Source: Paragordius varius (Eukaryota > Animalia > Nematomorpha). Taken from it: 64,000 nt of DNA. Below are positions 1 through 12,330 of this stretch, piece after piece. Every line of letters starts with the position of its first letter. Within the stretch, counting starts at the first letter, position 1. The notes beneath the pieces were generated by a model. It saw only the letters and a list, made by a program, of their open reading frames with translations. It was not told the origin of the DNA and ran no database searches. The position numbers and the translations under genes are program-made. The stretch spans positions 6,324,001-6,388,000 of the forward strand of contig OZ176056.1 of assembly GCA_964247055.1 (NCBI GenBank), read 5' to 3'.

Positions 1-773
1 TTTTAGCCAATTGGTCCTTGGCACAGATATAGTCGGTACAATTTTTTCGGACCTGCATATAACCGTACATGGGCGTATCAAACAAATTCAATACGGTGGC
101 CCTATTACATTCCCTTTTCAATCGAGTTATGGTTGGTGAAATGCAACACAACGGTTCCCAATCCTGACATACAACTTGATCTAAAGGAATATAAAGAATT
201 ATTTTATTGACTAGTTAGTCATTTAAATTATTTTTGATTAAATATATATATTTACTCATATTGGCTATTTTATAGATCCAATCGAAAAAGGTTGCCGTTG
301 TTGGAGTTACAGTGATAAAGAATATTGCTATCAAAAAAAAGAAAGTGAGTCGCATAAATGAGTTTGTTTATATATGTTTATATGACTAAAAGTTTGGAGT
401 AGAGTTATAATATTAATTAGAAAGTAATGTTTTAGTGTAGAAGCAAAATTAAATTTTGTAAAAATAAGATTGAATATGATGAAAGTAACAATCAAATATT
501 TTTATGGTATATTAATAACTAATTTTTTACGTATTAATTTTACGTCATATTTGTCAATAACCTTTTAAATTTTAAGCAGGGGTGTTTTCTTTATAGTCAA
601 TTATTAGTGATTTAATGTTAAAATAATTTTTATATTAATAAAAATGATTAATTATGCAAAATCTTGAATGTCTAATTAAATATTATATGAATATGTTATT
701 GTCGCGTTACATTTAAAAATTTATTATAGGTTAAGTTTATCGTAAAAGTACTCAATTGGAACCAAGTTGCCAT
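1..773 (-). CDS. Partial unidentified gene, possibly a secreted Cys-rich protein (exons 773-752, 327-256, 180-<1; runs off the window edge)
   Basis: Two GT-AG phase-1 introns (751-328, 255-181) join into an open frame: MATWFQLTIFFITVTPTTATFFDWIYKIANMNQVVCQDWEPLCCISPTITRLKRECNRATVLNLFDTPMYGYMQVRKNCTDYICAKDQLAK. The N-terminus is signal-peptide-like. The start is tentative because the frame is open upstream. No family recognised. Confidence 0.45.
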
Positions 774-2837
774 CAATGCATTATTATATTGGCTAGTTAA
801 TTTTATGACGCTTATAAGCCTTTTTTGCACTAGCCTCGAAATGCCCCCTATTTCCATAAAAGAATGTTAATAATTGCAAATTAAATGTCAATATCGTGAT
901 TAAAAAACAATTTTCTGGGATATTTATCAAACCACATGAAAAATACTGTGTTTTGCACACAAAAAGATGTGCCATTTTTATAAGCCTTTAAGCATGGGCC
1001 CTTTTCAATAAAAAAACTGGAGGGCCGCATTCCCAAATGTACGGGCATATAAACAAATATTTTTTTTAGATTTAAACAAATGTTTGTAAAAACTAATACT
1101 ATGTAATTCAACATTTTTTGCTGTTCATGGGCCGAAATTCTGGAAAATTTATTTAATAAATTTATATTAATTATTTGTGTTGGATACGGGCCGTTTACTC
1201 CTTTAAATAAAATACATAGCCTTTATTTAAAAACAGATAGGATTAATGATAGTCAAAAATTTTCTCAAACATAGATTAATTTCTCCAAGGTCTGTAATAT
1301 TTCTAAAAATGTGAACCTATGGGCCCAGTACACTATATTTTAGCGCTAATTAGCTTGGCTTAGATAGGTAAAAAGCAGATATCAATAAATTTTAGAAAAA
1401 TATTTATTTGGATTTAAGTTATTATAATAAAATGATCAAATATATGTCTGAATTCATGCATTTTTGTTAGGTGACATTTAACTTCCGCCTGACAATACTG
1501 AGTGGCAAACATAGGATGAAGTATATTTACTATTAAAATTCTTATAGAATAAACGATAAGGTAACATTGAGATAATTTTGTGGAATATTTAATATTTTAG
1601 AATCTTTTAAAAAGGAATTAAACAAGTGATTTTGATCTCTATAATCGATATACTGCCGGATAAGTATAACGTGTAACCACAAGCATGATGATTTAATTTT
1701 GTAGTAAGGCAGCGCATAAATTAATAAATAAAACCATCCAAATGTTCCAAACTATATAAATCAGGGGTCTCTAACCTTTTTTCACCGCATGCTATTTTGG
1801 GAAAGAATTCCACGCGGGCACGTATAGATATTAAGTCTAAAAGTTTAATTTATCGTTTCAACACAAATATATATATTTCTATTTACGGATTAGGCTAACC
1901 AGCACAGTCCATTTTTAAAATAAATAAAAAAATTATTATTTTTGAGTAGTTTTTTTTATATATAATCTTAATTTTATCAAAATACCTTTGCGATGATTCA
2001 GACCTCTGTTTGCCATAATCAGTATACAAATACTGAAACATTTAGGGTTTTGCCCATTAGTCAATGACCTGGGTCATGACCCATAGTCACGACCCACGAA
2101 AAAAAATGACCTAGGTCAATTTTTTTTATTTTTTTATTTTTTTTAATTTTACAATTATTAGGAAAACAAAACTTTATATTATTTAAATATGTGTTATTTT
2201 GTTTTAAATATAATATGCTACACATTTTGTCTTCACTTTCCAAATCATAATTAAATCAGCCTTGTGGAAATTTTTCGATTAAAAAATTAAGTTACATGAA
2301 GAAATGCAATTACATCATATATTTAAATAAAAACCGACTGAAGAATCTGAAAGAAGTTTGTGATATAAATTTTAAGACAGAAGATGATGGTGGAAAACAA
2401 GCTAATATTTAAATTTTAAGTTTAGTCATAATTTTTCAGAAGAACATAGCCAGAAACTATAGCAAAATTTATTTTTATATACCCAACTCTAAACATAGTT
2501 GAAAATAAACATATTCGAAGTTTTTTTATAATTAAAACCGAATTATGCTATTACAAATAGAAAACAGATTTCCAATGAAATACTAGATTCATGTTATGTA
2601 GATATAAAAATAGAAGTTGATGGAATACATATAAATAATATTTCATTCCCAATCGATTCCATTAAATTAATGGTTAATAATTAGAACATAAAAATAGGTT
2701 TTAATAAATCCCATATTTTCTTGTTTATGTTATCTTTCTGTGATTTAAAATTTCTATAAGTCACGTACAATTCTAGGAAAGATTGTTAATTGTAGAAATT
2801 TCAATTATCATTATTGGTGAAAGTAGACTTTTAAAAT

Positions 2838-5800
2838 TTTTACACTTTGTCATGCATGAAACCATGTGATTGAAAGCGGCAAGATATTCAAGGATAGTAT
2901 TATTTTATTATATACTATAAATATATTTAAAAAATATGTTGCCTTTTAGTAATTATTAATCTTTTTCTTTGTTTTGTAGAGTTTTTATTTTATTTGTATG
3001 CTAAGTATGTAATTTAAAGAGTAACATAATTCTTAAGTCATCAAAAATCATTGTTATACAGATCTCTCTTTCTTTTTTGTTTTTTTTTTCTACTCCTTGG
3101 TGCCTAATTATTTTATTTTTACTAGCCTAGCCATAATTTCTTTATATTTTCCTTTATGATTGCCAGACAGAGTAAAATATCAATATTTATAATTTAGCCA
3201 AATTAACAACATTTATAAAGAATACTCTTTAATTTTAATTATTCTAGATATTTATTTTTGTAAAGAGGGTAAGTGAGAGGGAAGGCAATGGCAAACCACC
3301 CTCGTTTATTACTGCCAAAAAATAGTTTTACTATATGAACTTAACAAGACTTTTCAAAGTTGGATGCTGGAACGTACGTTCCTTAACATCAACCAAACAG
3401 GTGATAATTGAAAAGGAAATGGAAAGATTGAACATAGATATACTGGGTCTAACGGAAACCAAGCAAAAAGGTAGCGCGAAAGTACAAAACGAAAATTATA
3501 CATTGTTAAGATCGGGGAGAGATGACCAGAAATCTGAAGGCGTTGCAGTATTAATAAAAAACAAATTAAATAAAAGTCTCATTAGTTATACACCATATAC
3601 ACCCAGAATCATGAGTATTAGGCTGAATGCCAAGCCACTTAAATTTACATTTATAGTAGTCTATGCTCCTACGTCAAACGCTCCCAAAGAAGACATAGAG
3701 GACTTTTATGCAACGTTGCAAATAGTTTTGGATGAAACGAAGAAAGGAGATATGATTATCATAGGAGGGGATTGGAACAGCAAAGTTGGTAGAGGTAGAG
3801 TAGATCAAATAGTCGGGCCATATGGATTGGGAGAACGAAACGAGGCCGGGGAAGCACTGATCAATTTTTGTCAAGAAAATGAGATGATGATAACCAACAC
3901 ATGGTTTCCACAACACAATAGGAGGTTATACACATGGACCTCTCCATGTGGTAAATATAAGAATCAAATTGATTACATAATGTGTCCTCAAAAATGGAAA
4001 AGCTCTATAATCGATACCAAAACAAGCAAAAGCAGCGATTGCTCTAGCGATCATGAGCTTCTAATAACCAAAATCAAACTTAAAATAATTAAAAATAAGG
4101 TTAAACAGATATACAGATATGACACTCGGAACATTCCAAATAGTTTTAGAACAGAAACCAAAGATAGATTAGGAAGATTGGACAATGGATGTAGCTCAAA
4201 ACAATTATGGAGAACGATAAAAAATGTTGTTAATGAAGTGGCAAAAGAAAAAGTGCAGAGAGTAAAGAGGAAAGATAACAAATGGATATCAGAAAAGAGT
4301 ATAGAGATAGCAGAAAAGAGGAGAAAAGCTAAATCAATAGGTGATAATAAAATGGTAAAATTATATAACAAAGAATTTCAACGACAAACAAGGAAGGATT
4401 ATGAAGATTTTCTTAATAAACAATGTTTGGAAGTGGAATTAAATAACAAAAAAGGATTAATGCAACCAATGTTCCAGAAACTGAAGCAAATGACTCATAA
4501 ACCTTTTATATCATCACAAAAGATTAAAAAAGAGAATGGCACCATATTGAACAACAAAGCGATGGGGTTAGACAATATCCCAATAGAGTTCATAAAAGCT
4601 ATTCCCGTTAAAAAGTTACACCAGTTATGTCAAAAGGTGTGGGAAACATGTGAGTGGCCAAACGACTGGACATCATCTGTATATCTCCCAATATACAAAA
4701 AAGGAGATGTACTCCAATGCGAGAATTATCGGAACATATCTCTTATTAGCCACGCTAGTAAGGTCTTACTAAAAGTAATACAAAACAGAATTCACAGTAT
4801 CATACAGACAGAAATACCAGAAAATCAAGCCGGATTTATGAAGGGAAAAAGCACAAGAGACCATATCTCAAACATGAGAAGGATAATGGAAACATTAAAA
4901 GAGTTCCAGAAAGAATTATACATGTGTTTTATTGATTACAGACAAGCATTCGATTCAATTAACTATGACTCCTTGTGGGAAACATTAAAGTTAGTAGGGG
5001 TATCGTCTCACTTAATAAGATTGATTAGCTCTCTGTATGTAAAACAAAGAGCGATTATTAGAACACCAGCGGGGGACACAGACGAAATACCAATCTTGAA
5101 AGGAGTCAGACAAGGGTGTTGCTTATCCCCTTATCTGTTCAATATGTGCACAGAAATGATAATGAGGAAGTTGGATGGTAAAAATATTGGAGTAAGAATA
5201 GGAGGGAGAACAATCAATAATTTAAGGTTTGCAGACGATACCACTCTTATAGCTGAAAGTGCAAATGATTTGAAGGAATTGATTGAAGAGATTCGAAAGG
5301 AAAGTTTGAGGTATGGTCTTAGGCTTAATCCTAACAAAACCAAAATATTATGTACAGGAAAAAAGCCTACAATTATAATAGAAGGAGTAGAAATAGAAAT
5401 AGTTAAACAGTTAACGTTTTTGGGCGCAATAATTTCAGAGGATGGGTCTTCAACTCCTGACATCAGAAAGAGAATAGGATTGGGTAGAGAAGCGATGACC
5501 AAATTAATAAAGATTTGGAAAAACAAAAGCGTAGGAGACCAAAAAAAGATTACTCTACTGTTTCGTTCTCCCGGTCACCACATATGGATGTGAGAGTTGG
5601 ACTCTCAGAAAAAAGGACAAAGAAAGGCTCATGGCTTTTGAAAGGAGTTGCTGGCGTAGGATGCTAGGATACACCTGGAAGGAAATTAAGAATGAAAATC
5701 TAACTACAGAAATAAAACCTAAAACAAACATCATGGAGATAATTCTAAAAAGAAAGTTAACATATTTTGGTCATGTCATGCGATCGAATTCTCTGGAGAA

Positions 5801-5997
5801 AGATACAATGTTTGGGAAGGTAGAAGGGCAAAGGAAACGAGGCCGACCACCGATGAGGTGGTTGGATATGATAAAAGAAGAGACCAAAATGACACTGAAA
5901 GAGCTCAATATAGCGGTTAAAGATAGAAAAAAATGGAAAGAAATAGTTAAAACTATATCCAAAAAGTCGTTTACGACTTAGGAAAAACCAACCAACC
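2838..5997 (+). mobile_element. RTE-clade non-LTR retrotransposon, copy 1 (near full length)
   Basis: APE endonuclease plus RT ORF, (CAAC)n 3' tail at ~5986-5997, and a 13-bp direct repeat AGACTTTTAAAAT at 2825-2837 and 5998-6010 consistent with a TSD. Confidence 0.92.
3335..5981 (+). pseudogene. RTE endonuclease/reverse transcriptase ORF (752-aa ORF 3335-5593, frameshift near 5540, C-terminus to 5981)
   Basis: APE motifs GCWNVRSL, LGLTETK, VVYAPT, GGDWNSKVG, NQIDYI and SDHELL; RT motifs ENQAGF, FIDYRQAFDS, GVRQGCCLSPYLF and LRFADD; RTE C-terminal YFGHVMR and GRPPMRWLD. Comparison with copy 2 shows a frameshift near 5540 and an internal deletion at 4549/4550. Confidence 0.92.
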
Positions 5998-8122
5998 AGA
6001 CTTTTAAAATATACTTTATGACAAAGTATTTTATGTTTAAAGTATATAGGTATGTATTTATTTATTATTGGCAATAACATATGGTATGACCTAGGTCGGA
6101 CCTAGGTCATACTAGGTCTGACCCAAAAGGGGGTCAAAATTACAACCCTAAAAACATTTACATTATTCAATTTATTAAATTTATGGATAATTAAATGTAC
6201 ATCTTGAGCGTCGGAGTTTAGATAATTGAGGTAAAAAATGGATTTGTAGCTCTTGGCAAAGATCTTTATAATTTACCAAATTTTATGTGCATGCCAGGTT
6301 TTAAATAATGGACATATGCTTCAAGATAGTATTATTCCAAAAAATAAAAAAAGTATCTTGACGCAATTTTTTACAGATGGAAGATGGTTAAGTCGTTGCT
6401 GTATTTTTAGAATTTAACGACAAATATATGTAATACAGAGGAAATATTTATCCACAGTTAAAAGATCTAAACTCGCTTCTTATATCTGATGCAATATCTT
6501 AGAAAAATTGCACATTGCATATCAAAAAACTAACGAAAATAAATAATTTTGTGAAAAAAAATTCCATGCAAATTTTTTTTTATTTTTTAAAACTTTTCAG
6601 GCGGGCACGTTTTGGAATCTCGCGGGCCCGAAATCGACCGCGGTCTACCGTTTGGCCACCCGTGATATAAATAGTATTAGCTACAACATAGAAGGTAACT
6701 TCTAACTATCGGTTATGTGGAAATTTAAGTTTCTCCGCCTAAAACCCAGTTATGATATTATTACTACATAATGTTTTACATTTAACATTTATTTTATCAA
6801 TTACTTAAATTTGGATATAATTAATTAATATCAACTATCAAATTTCATCGAACGAAAGACAAGTGTTGGGATTAAAACAGATGCTTAACCCGACAGGTAT
6901 GTCTTCCGGTTTATCATTAGTCCCAGGACACCAACATTGATTTTTTCGAAAACCAAATTTTTTGATGATCGGAATATCTATGTTACTTGTAGTCGAATTC
7001 TTAACAGGTGATAGAAGAATATTATAATGGCAAAAACAAAAAATTATGAGAAGACTTAGGAATAAGGATTTTAATTTAGGTGACATTGTAAAATGTATGA
7101 AATATTTCGTTGAGCAAAATAAGATTGTCAAAAATTATGGTTGTGTTTTATGTTAGGTTAAAATATTTAACATATCCATATGTGGTTAGTTTAATTATAT
7201 GGCATGTGACATTTTTGGACATGTTTTGATGTCATATTTAAAAAAAATTTATATCTCCTTAAACCAAATTAAAATAAACAATACACAAGATTTTTGGCTT
7301 AAAATACACATTAAAACTTTGAATTTAATTTTAATAATATGCATATACATGATTCAGTAAAAATCAGTCATTTGTGAATACATATTTTTTCGGATAAAAT
7401 TGGCAACGGCTATAATTTGAACTGGAGTATCTAGTAACCCCTGATTATATTAGTTAACACTTTTAAAATCTATTGAAAGAAATTTTACAATTTTTAATGC
7501 TTTTAAATAACATATGAATATGCCAAACTATTTAATTAAGTTTTGTTTTAAAAAATTCCATATCAAACGACTTCGACGCCTATTTTACAATATTTGCAAA
7601 ATATCGTTTTTTAATTCTAACGCTAAAATTAAAATATTTTAAAAAATCACAGTTGATTGATAAAACAAAAAAATGGTTTATTTTGCATTTTGGGTGATGC
7701 ACACATGTCATTTTAAATAAGTTTTTACCTTGATGTTAATCCATAAAAAAGTAATAAAAAGTTATTAAATGTTCATATGTTTTAGGTGTATCAATGTTAT
7801 ATAAAGTCAAACTTTTAAAATGTTGAAATTTGTTCTATGTTTTTAAAAATCTTTAATATTAAACATCCCTGGAGTACCCAAAGATTCTAATTTGAATCGG
7901 AGGACTATAGTATCCAACTAAAATCATGCAAAATATTTAATTTTTTAATTGTTTTTATGAGAATGATAAAAAAAATAATTAAAATATTTCTTAATGATTT
8001 GGATATAATTATCGAATTTATCATATATATATATTTTATAAAAGAGACTTTTTATTAACCTCGAAACTCCTATGAAATTAAAAGAAGTTTTTTTGTTGTT
8101 TATAGAATGTGATTCATATAAG

Positions 8123-8948
8123 CAGTGATCGGCAACTTAGGGCTCTAGAGCAAAACTTGGCTGGCCAGAACTTTTTAAAAATGTAAAAAACCAAAGTTTA
8201 ACCCTGAGCGTTCCGAAACGCGTCATATAAATAGTGACCTTTTTCAGAAAATTAATTATTCATCTCAGCAGACACTTTTATATATAGATATGACATAAAC
8301 ATCTCTAATTGGCAACCATTTATTACTATTATATATAATTTTTAATTTATTGGTATAATATTTATATTTTAGAAAAAAATATATAGCAGATCAAAGAGAA
8401 CAAAAATTATTATAAATCCGGCAAAGTTTTTGAAAACTGAATATTTTATTATTGATAATATCAATAAACAGCTATGTTTAATATGCAAGGAATTAATGAA
8501 TGTGTCAGGAAATAATATACGTACCCAATAGTAAACATAGGAATGAATATCATAAATATAATTCGGATCCATACAGGATAAAGTTATTTTTACGAAAGTC
8601 ATAAGAAGGACAACAAAACATTAAAAAAATGTAGTAAGCAAAAGTTCAACATTGGTCACAACTTCTTTCCATGTTTCACAGTTAATTGCTGAAAATAACA
8701 AACCATTTACTGATGGAGATATTATAACATCCGTTAACGAAATTTGTTCCAAATATATTGAGAAATTCAAAAGTCTTAGTTAATCATAGTCACATTATTA
8801 TGTAACATGTATTGTTACATAATAATTTTTTCCATCTATTAATATACAATCATATTGACACACTATTTTAATTATATCTTCAAGCGTAGGGCTCGCCTAA
8901 ATTTTCCATTTTATAAACGCACCTCCAAAAAAAGGTTGCCGACCCCTG
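8123..8948 (+). mobile_element. Decayed hAT (Buster-type) element with transposase remnant
   Basis: Imperfect TIRs CAGTGATCGGCAAC and GTTGCCGACCCCTG. The internal sequence at ~8660-8790 translates as SFHVSQLIAENNKPFTDGDII, like the N-terminal KPFxDGE motif of the 16-kb transposase. No intact TSD. Confidence 0.65.
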
Positions 8949-11877
8949 TTATCCAGTGTAGTTTATAAAAGTTTAAAGCCGGAAAACATAGCTTTACAGT
9001 GCATGATATCGATCATTTTTATAAGGCAATTTATAAAACAAACCTGTTGAAACTAAAAATATCTAATATATTTGTAATTTTTAAGAAATAGTTTTTTAGA
9101 TTACCTTTAAACAAAATACCATTATTTTTCAAGGGTATATTTGGTATAATATTTTAATTTAAAATACTGATCTATTCATTTACCACAATTATCCAGTCTG
9201 ATGTTCTCTATAATTTTAAGAATATATCTGAAAAAAAATATTTTCACATAAGAAATATCTATAATTTATTTATTAATTTGAGCCCTCTTTATCAAAATAC
9301 TAATAATATTTTTCTTTAAATATATTCAACAAATACCCATTTGTATTATATCATTCGAAAAAGTAATGAAAACTCTTATGCAATTAATAGGTTTTACATC
9401 GATAGTTAATATTGGAGATAAGAAGCCACAAACCAGCGATGCGATAGCTTTTTTAATCAATATATTTTTGAAATTAATGGATGAAAATAGCTCAAATTGT
9501 ATATATGGCAATGAATGCATAATAAAGATGATACAAAAATTTTGATTAAATTATATTTAATGGTTCTTCTATGTCATTTAAAACAGCCATTTTTCATTTT
9601 TATTTTTTAAATAAAATTACCAACTTAACAATAATTATTTCTTTAAACAGACTTATAATTTCCAAATTTTAAAGACTAAAAGGATAGTTTAGGGTTTTCT
9701 TAATGTTTTATAACGAATATATAATAAATTTGTAGTTATAACTATGCATTGATTTACTAAGTCACATTTTAATAATAATGATTTTTATTTAAAAAACCGA
9801 CCAGCATTGGAAATGATTTTTTTAATTATACACTAATTTAACCCTGATAATTATATTATAATTTACATGATTTTTAATTTAGTTCTTCTGGAAAAAATTT
9901 TTATAGTTTGATTTTGGTTATATAAAGCTAAATAACTTTTATATCACATTGATTTAAATGACATAGTACCATTCAAAAGATTCATCTTTTGTGCTTTAGA
10001 ATACATGGATATTTATCTAAACCTCTAATTTTAATTCGAGATTAATGTTAAACCCAAGCCAAAATTTTTTGATAAAACCTAATAAAAAATTTCTAAGGTG
10101 TTAGACCATTTTTTTCAGATATACTATATATGCATTTTAATGAAATAAATTTTAATTTTACAAATCACTTTAAAAAGTCAATGTTTGCTAGTGTAATGAT
10201 TCATTTTAATTCTTTGAGTTAAATGTGGAATACAAATTTATTTAACATCTAATTCAAGATAAATGTGCATACAATTATTTTCATTTTAAAATAAAAAAGC
10301 TAATAGCTTTATACAAAACTTTGTTGTAGAAAACATTGAATCGACATGTCATTCACAACTTTGCAATCCGTATTTTCCCCTCGTTCTATGGTATAAAAAA
10401 CGGAAATTATAAAACAATAAATTAGGAATGTGTCCATCACGAATAGCTTTATAGGCCGTATTTTCGAATCAATCTTGGTGGGACATGCATAAATATTTTA
10501 CATTTTAAACAAAAAACTGTAAAATTTGATAACATTATATTACAGTTTTTCTGGCTTTTGCCAATTGGATAATCATACATTGATAAATTGTTATAGAGTA
10601 TCAATTTTATTAACATTTTGTGAGCATATATTTTTAAGAAATTATGGATTTCAAAATTTTTTGCGGGTTACACATAAAGTCTCAGAGGATTGGGTGTTGG
10701 TCACCCTTGCAAAAATATTTCCTGGATCGAGTATACAAGTTAGATGTTGATGCCAAAAATGTGCAAACCTTAACTCTTAAAAACCATTATATTCTGTACA
10801 AATATATACTAAGTCAGGCATTTTGGTCAATGTGGGCTGCCACATATGGCTACTCAAGTTTATATATTATAAAAATATTCGAAATGGAATTCGGACCATG
10901 AATAAAATATGGTGATTAAGCTTATGATGGTTTACTTATATGGGCCTATCCTCATTTACAAATTATAAGATTAGGTTTTTTTAAGTCTTTTACTGATTTT
11001 TTTATTGTTTAACAAACGAATTGATATTACATTTTGGGGTATTTTATATCCCAGATTGATTTTAAATAAGAATATCTTAAAAAAATATTTAAGGTATTGG
11101 GCTTGATATAAAAAAATATGCTTTCTTTAGTCTTTTAGGCGCATTATACAAATTTTATTTAAAAAAAATATAAAGTAAAAAAATTCTCAATCAAAATATT
11201 TTTTCCAGTATATTTTAATGTTTATATACCGCTAATACAACAGGCAGATAATTATATATTATGATTATAAAATGTAGATAATTAACTTTAAAAAACTTTT
11301 AGGCTACATTTTACCAGCAGAAATTTGATATATTATTGATATCAGCTGTCAGTTTCATGTTTGGAGCTGTCCAGACGCTACACTGTAAAAAAATATGCTT
11401 TTATATCTAATACATGAGCATAGATTATATCTTCAATCCAGATTTCGAGAATGAATGTTGAGTCTATTCATTCCGGATGTATGGCACCGGCTGACGCAAT
11501 ATCCTCTCCTGGCTAGAATCGAACAATGACTGTAAATATTAAATGACCCCGATCTTTAAAACTTACCGAAAAAAACTTCAATAACTGTGGCCAACTGAGC
11601 TCTTGAAGCTGCGCTGATGAACGCGATTACGATTATATCCCGAAAACCTCGATCACTTTTAAGCTCAACGAGGAAACGCACCGGAGTTACTAATCCTATC
11701 CCCTTGGAAACCAACGCAAAATTTCCCTGCTATATGACGATGACATCGGAACCGCTGATATTTGAGGGCTGATTACCAATCTTCAACTTTTATTTGAACC
11801 GGATACTTTGCTCCTCCAGATTGAATGGTACTATTGCGAAGTCGGTAGTATTTTAAGGTTAATTCCCACTGCTGGAT

Positions 11878-12330
11878 AAGGTATAAATTTTATTTTACAA
11901 CGCTCTGTTAATGTCAGCTAGTATTGATGTAATTAGGGTATAAATTTTTATTTTACAACGCTTTGTTAATGTCAGTATTGATGTAATTAAGGTATAAATT
12001 TTATTTTACAACGCTCTGTTAATGTCAGTTAGTATTGATGTAATGGTATAAATTTATATTTTACAACGCTTTGTTAATGTCAGTATTGATGTAATTAAGG
12101 TATAAATTTTATTTTACAACGCTCTGTTAATGTCAGTTAGTATTTATGTAATTAAGGTATAAATTTTTATTTCACAACGCTTTGTTAATGTCAGTTAGTA
12201 TTCATGTAATTAAGGTATAAATTTTTATTTTACAACGCTCTGTTAATGTCAGTTAGTATTCATGTAATTAAGGTATATTATCTAATAACGCTCTGTTAAA
12301 GTCAGTTAGTATTGAGGTAATATTTACAAC
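11878..12330. repeat. Minisatellite of about 8 units (54-58 bp)
   Basis: Unit AAGGTATAAATTTTATTTTACAACGCTCTGTTAATGTCAGTTAGTATTGATGTAATT (57 bp). The first units alternate with a ~54-bp variant (CTTTG, lacking TTAG). Confidence 0.95.

Larger units (their letters stand above)
2043..6150. mobile_element. Second hAT-like non-autonomous element (TAGGGTT termini) nested in the first
   Basis: Ends are TAGGGTTTTG (2043) and ACAACCCTA (6150). Clusters of GACC(T/C)(A)GGTC subterminal motifs occur at both ends. The 8-bp TSD GAAACATT / AAAACATT matches at 7 of 8 positions. Confidence 0.7.
1762..6664. mobile_element. Non-autonomous hAT (Buster/Charlie-type) element carrying two nested insertions
   Basis: Left end CAGGGGTCTCTAAC at 1762; degenerate right end GTTTGGCCACCCGTG ending at 6664; perfect 8-bp TSD ATATAAAT (1754-1761 and 6665-6672) with central TA. 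Confidence 0.8.

Noticed and set aside
1-350. Plus-strand reading (open frame 7-207; TATAG..GTGAGT-bounded segment ~266-344)
   Set aside because: It ends in a stop with no consistent phase chain. The minus-strand model joins three exons in phase and is preferred, though not proven.
3674-5526. Antisense ORFs over the RTE, and similar shadow ORFs over the hAT, TOP3B and RTE copy 2
   Set aside because: They are shadow frames of the real coding strand with no independent motifs.
6838-7131. 97-aa minus ORF, and a 24-nt GT-AG segment (6897-6920) on the plus strand
   Set aside because: All three spliced frames hit stops, and no recognisable motif is present.
9340-9545. Plus frame IGFTSIVNIGDKKPQ, reminiscent of a Buster transposase N-terminus
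   Set aside because: The similarity is too short, the Cys pair is missing and no TIRs were found.
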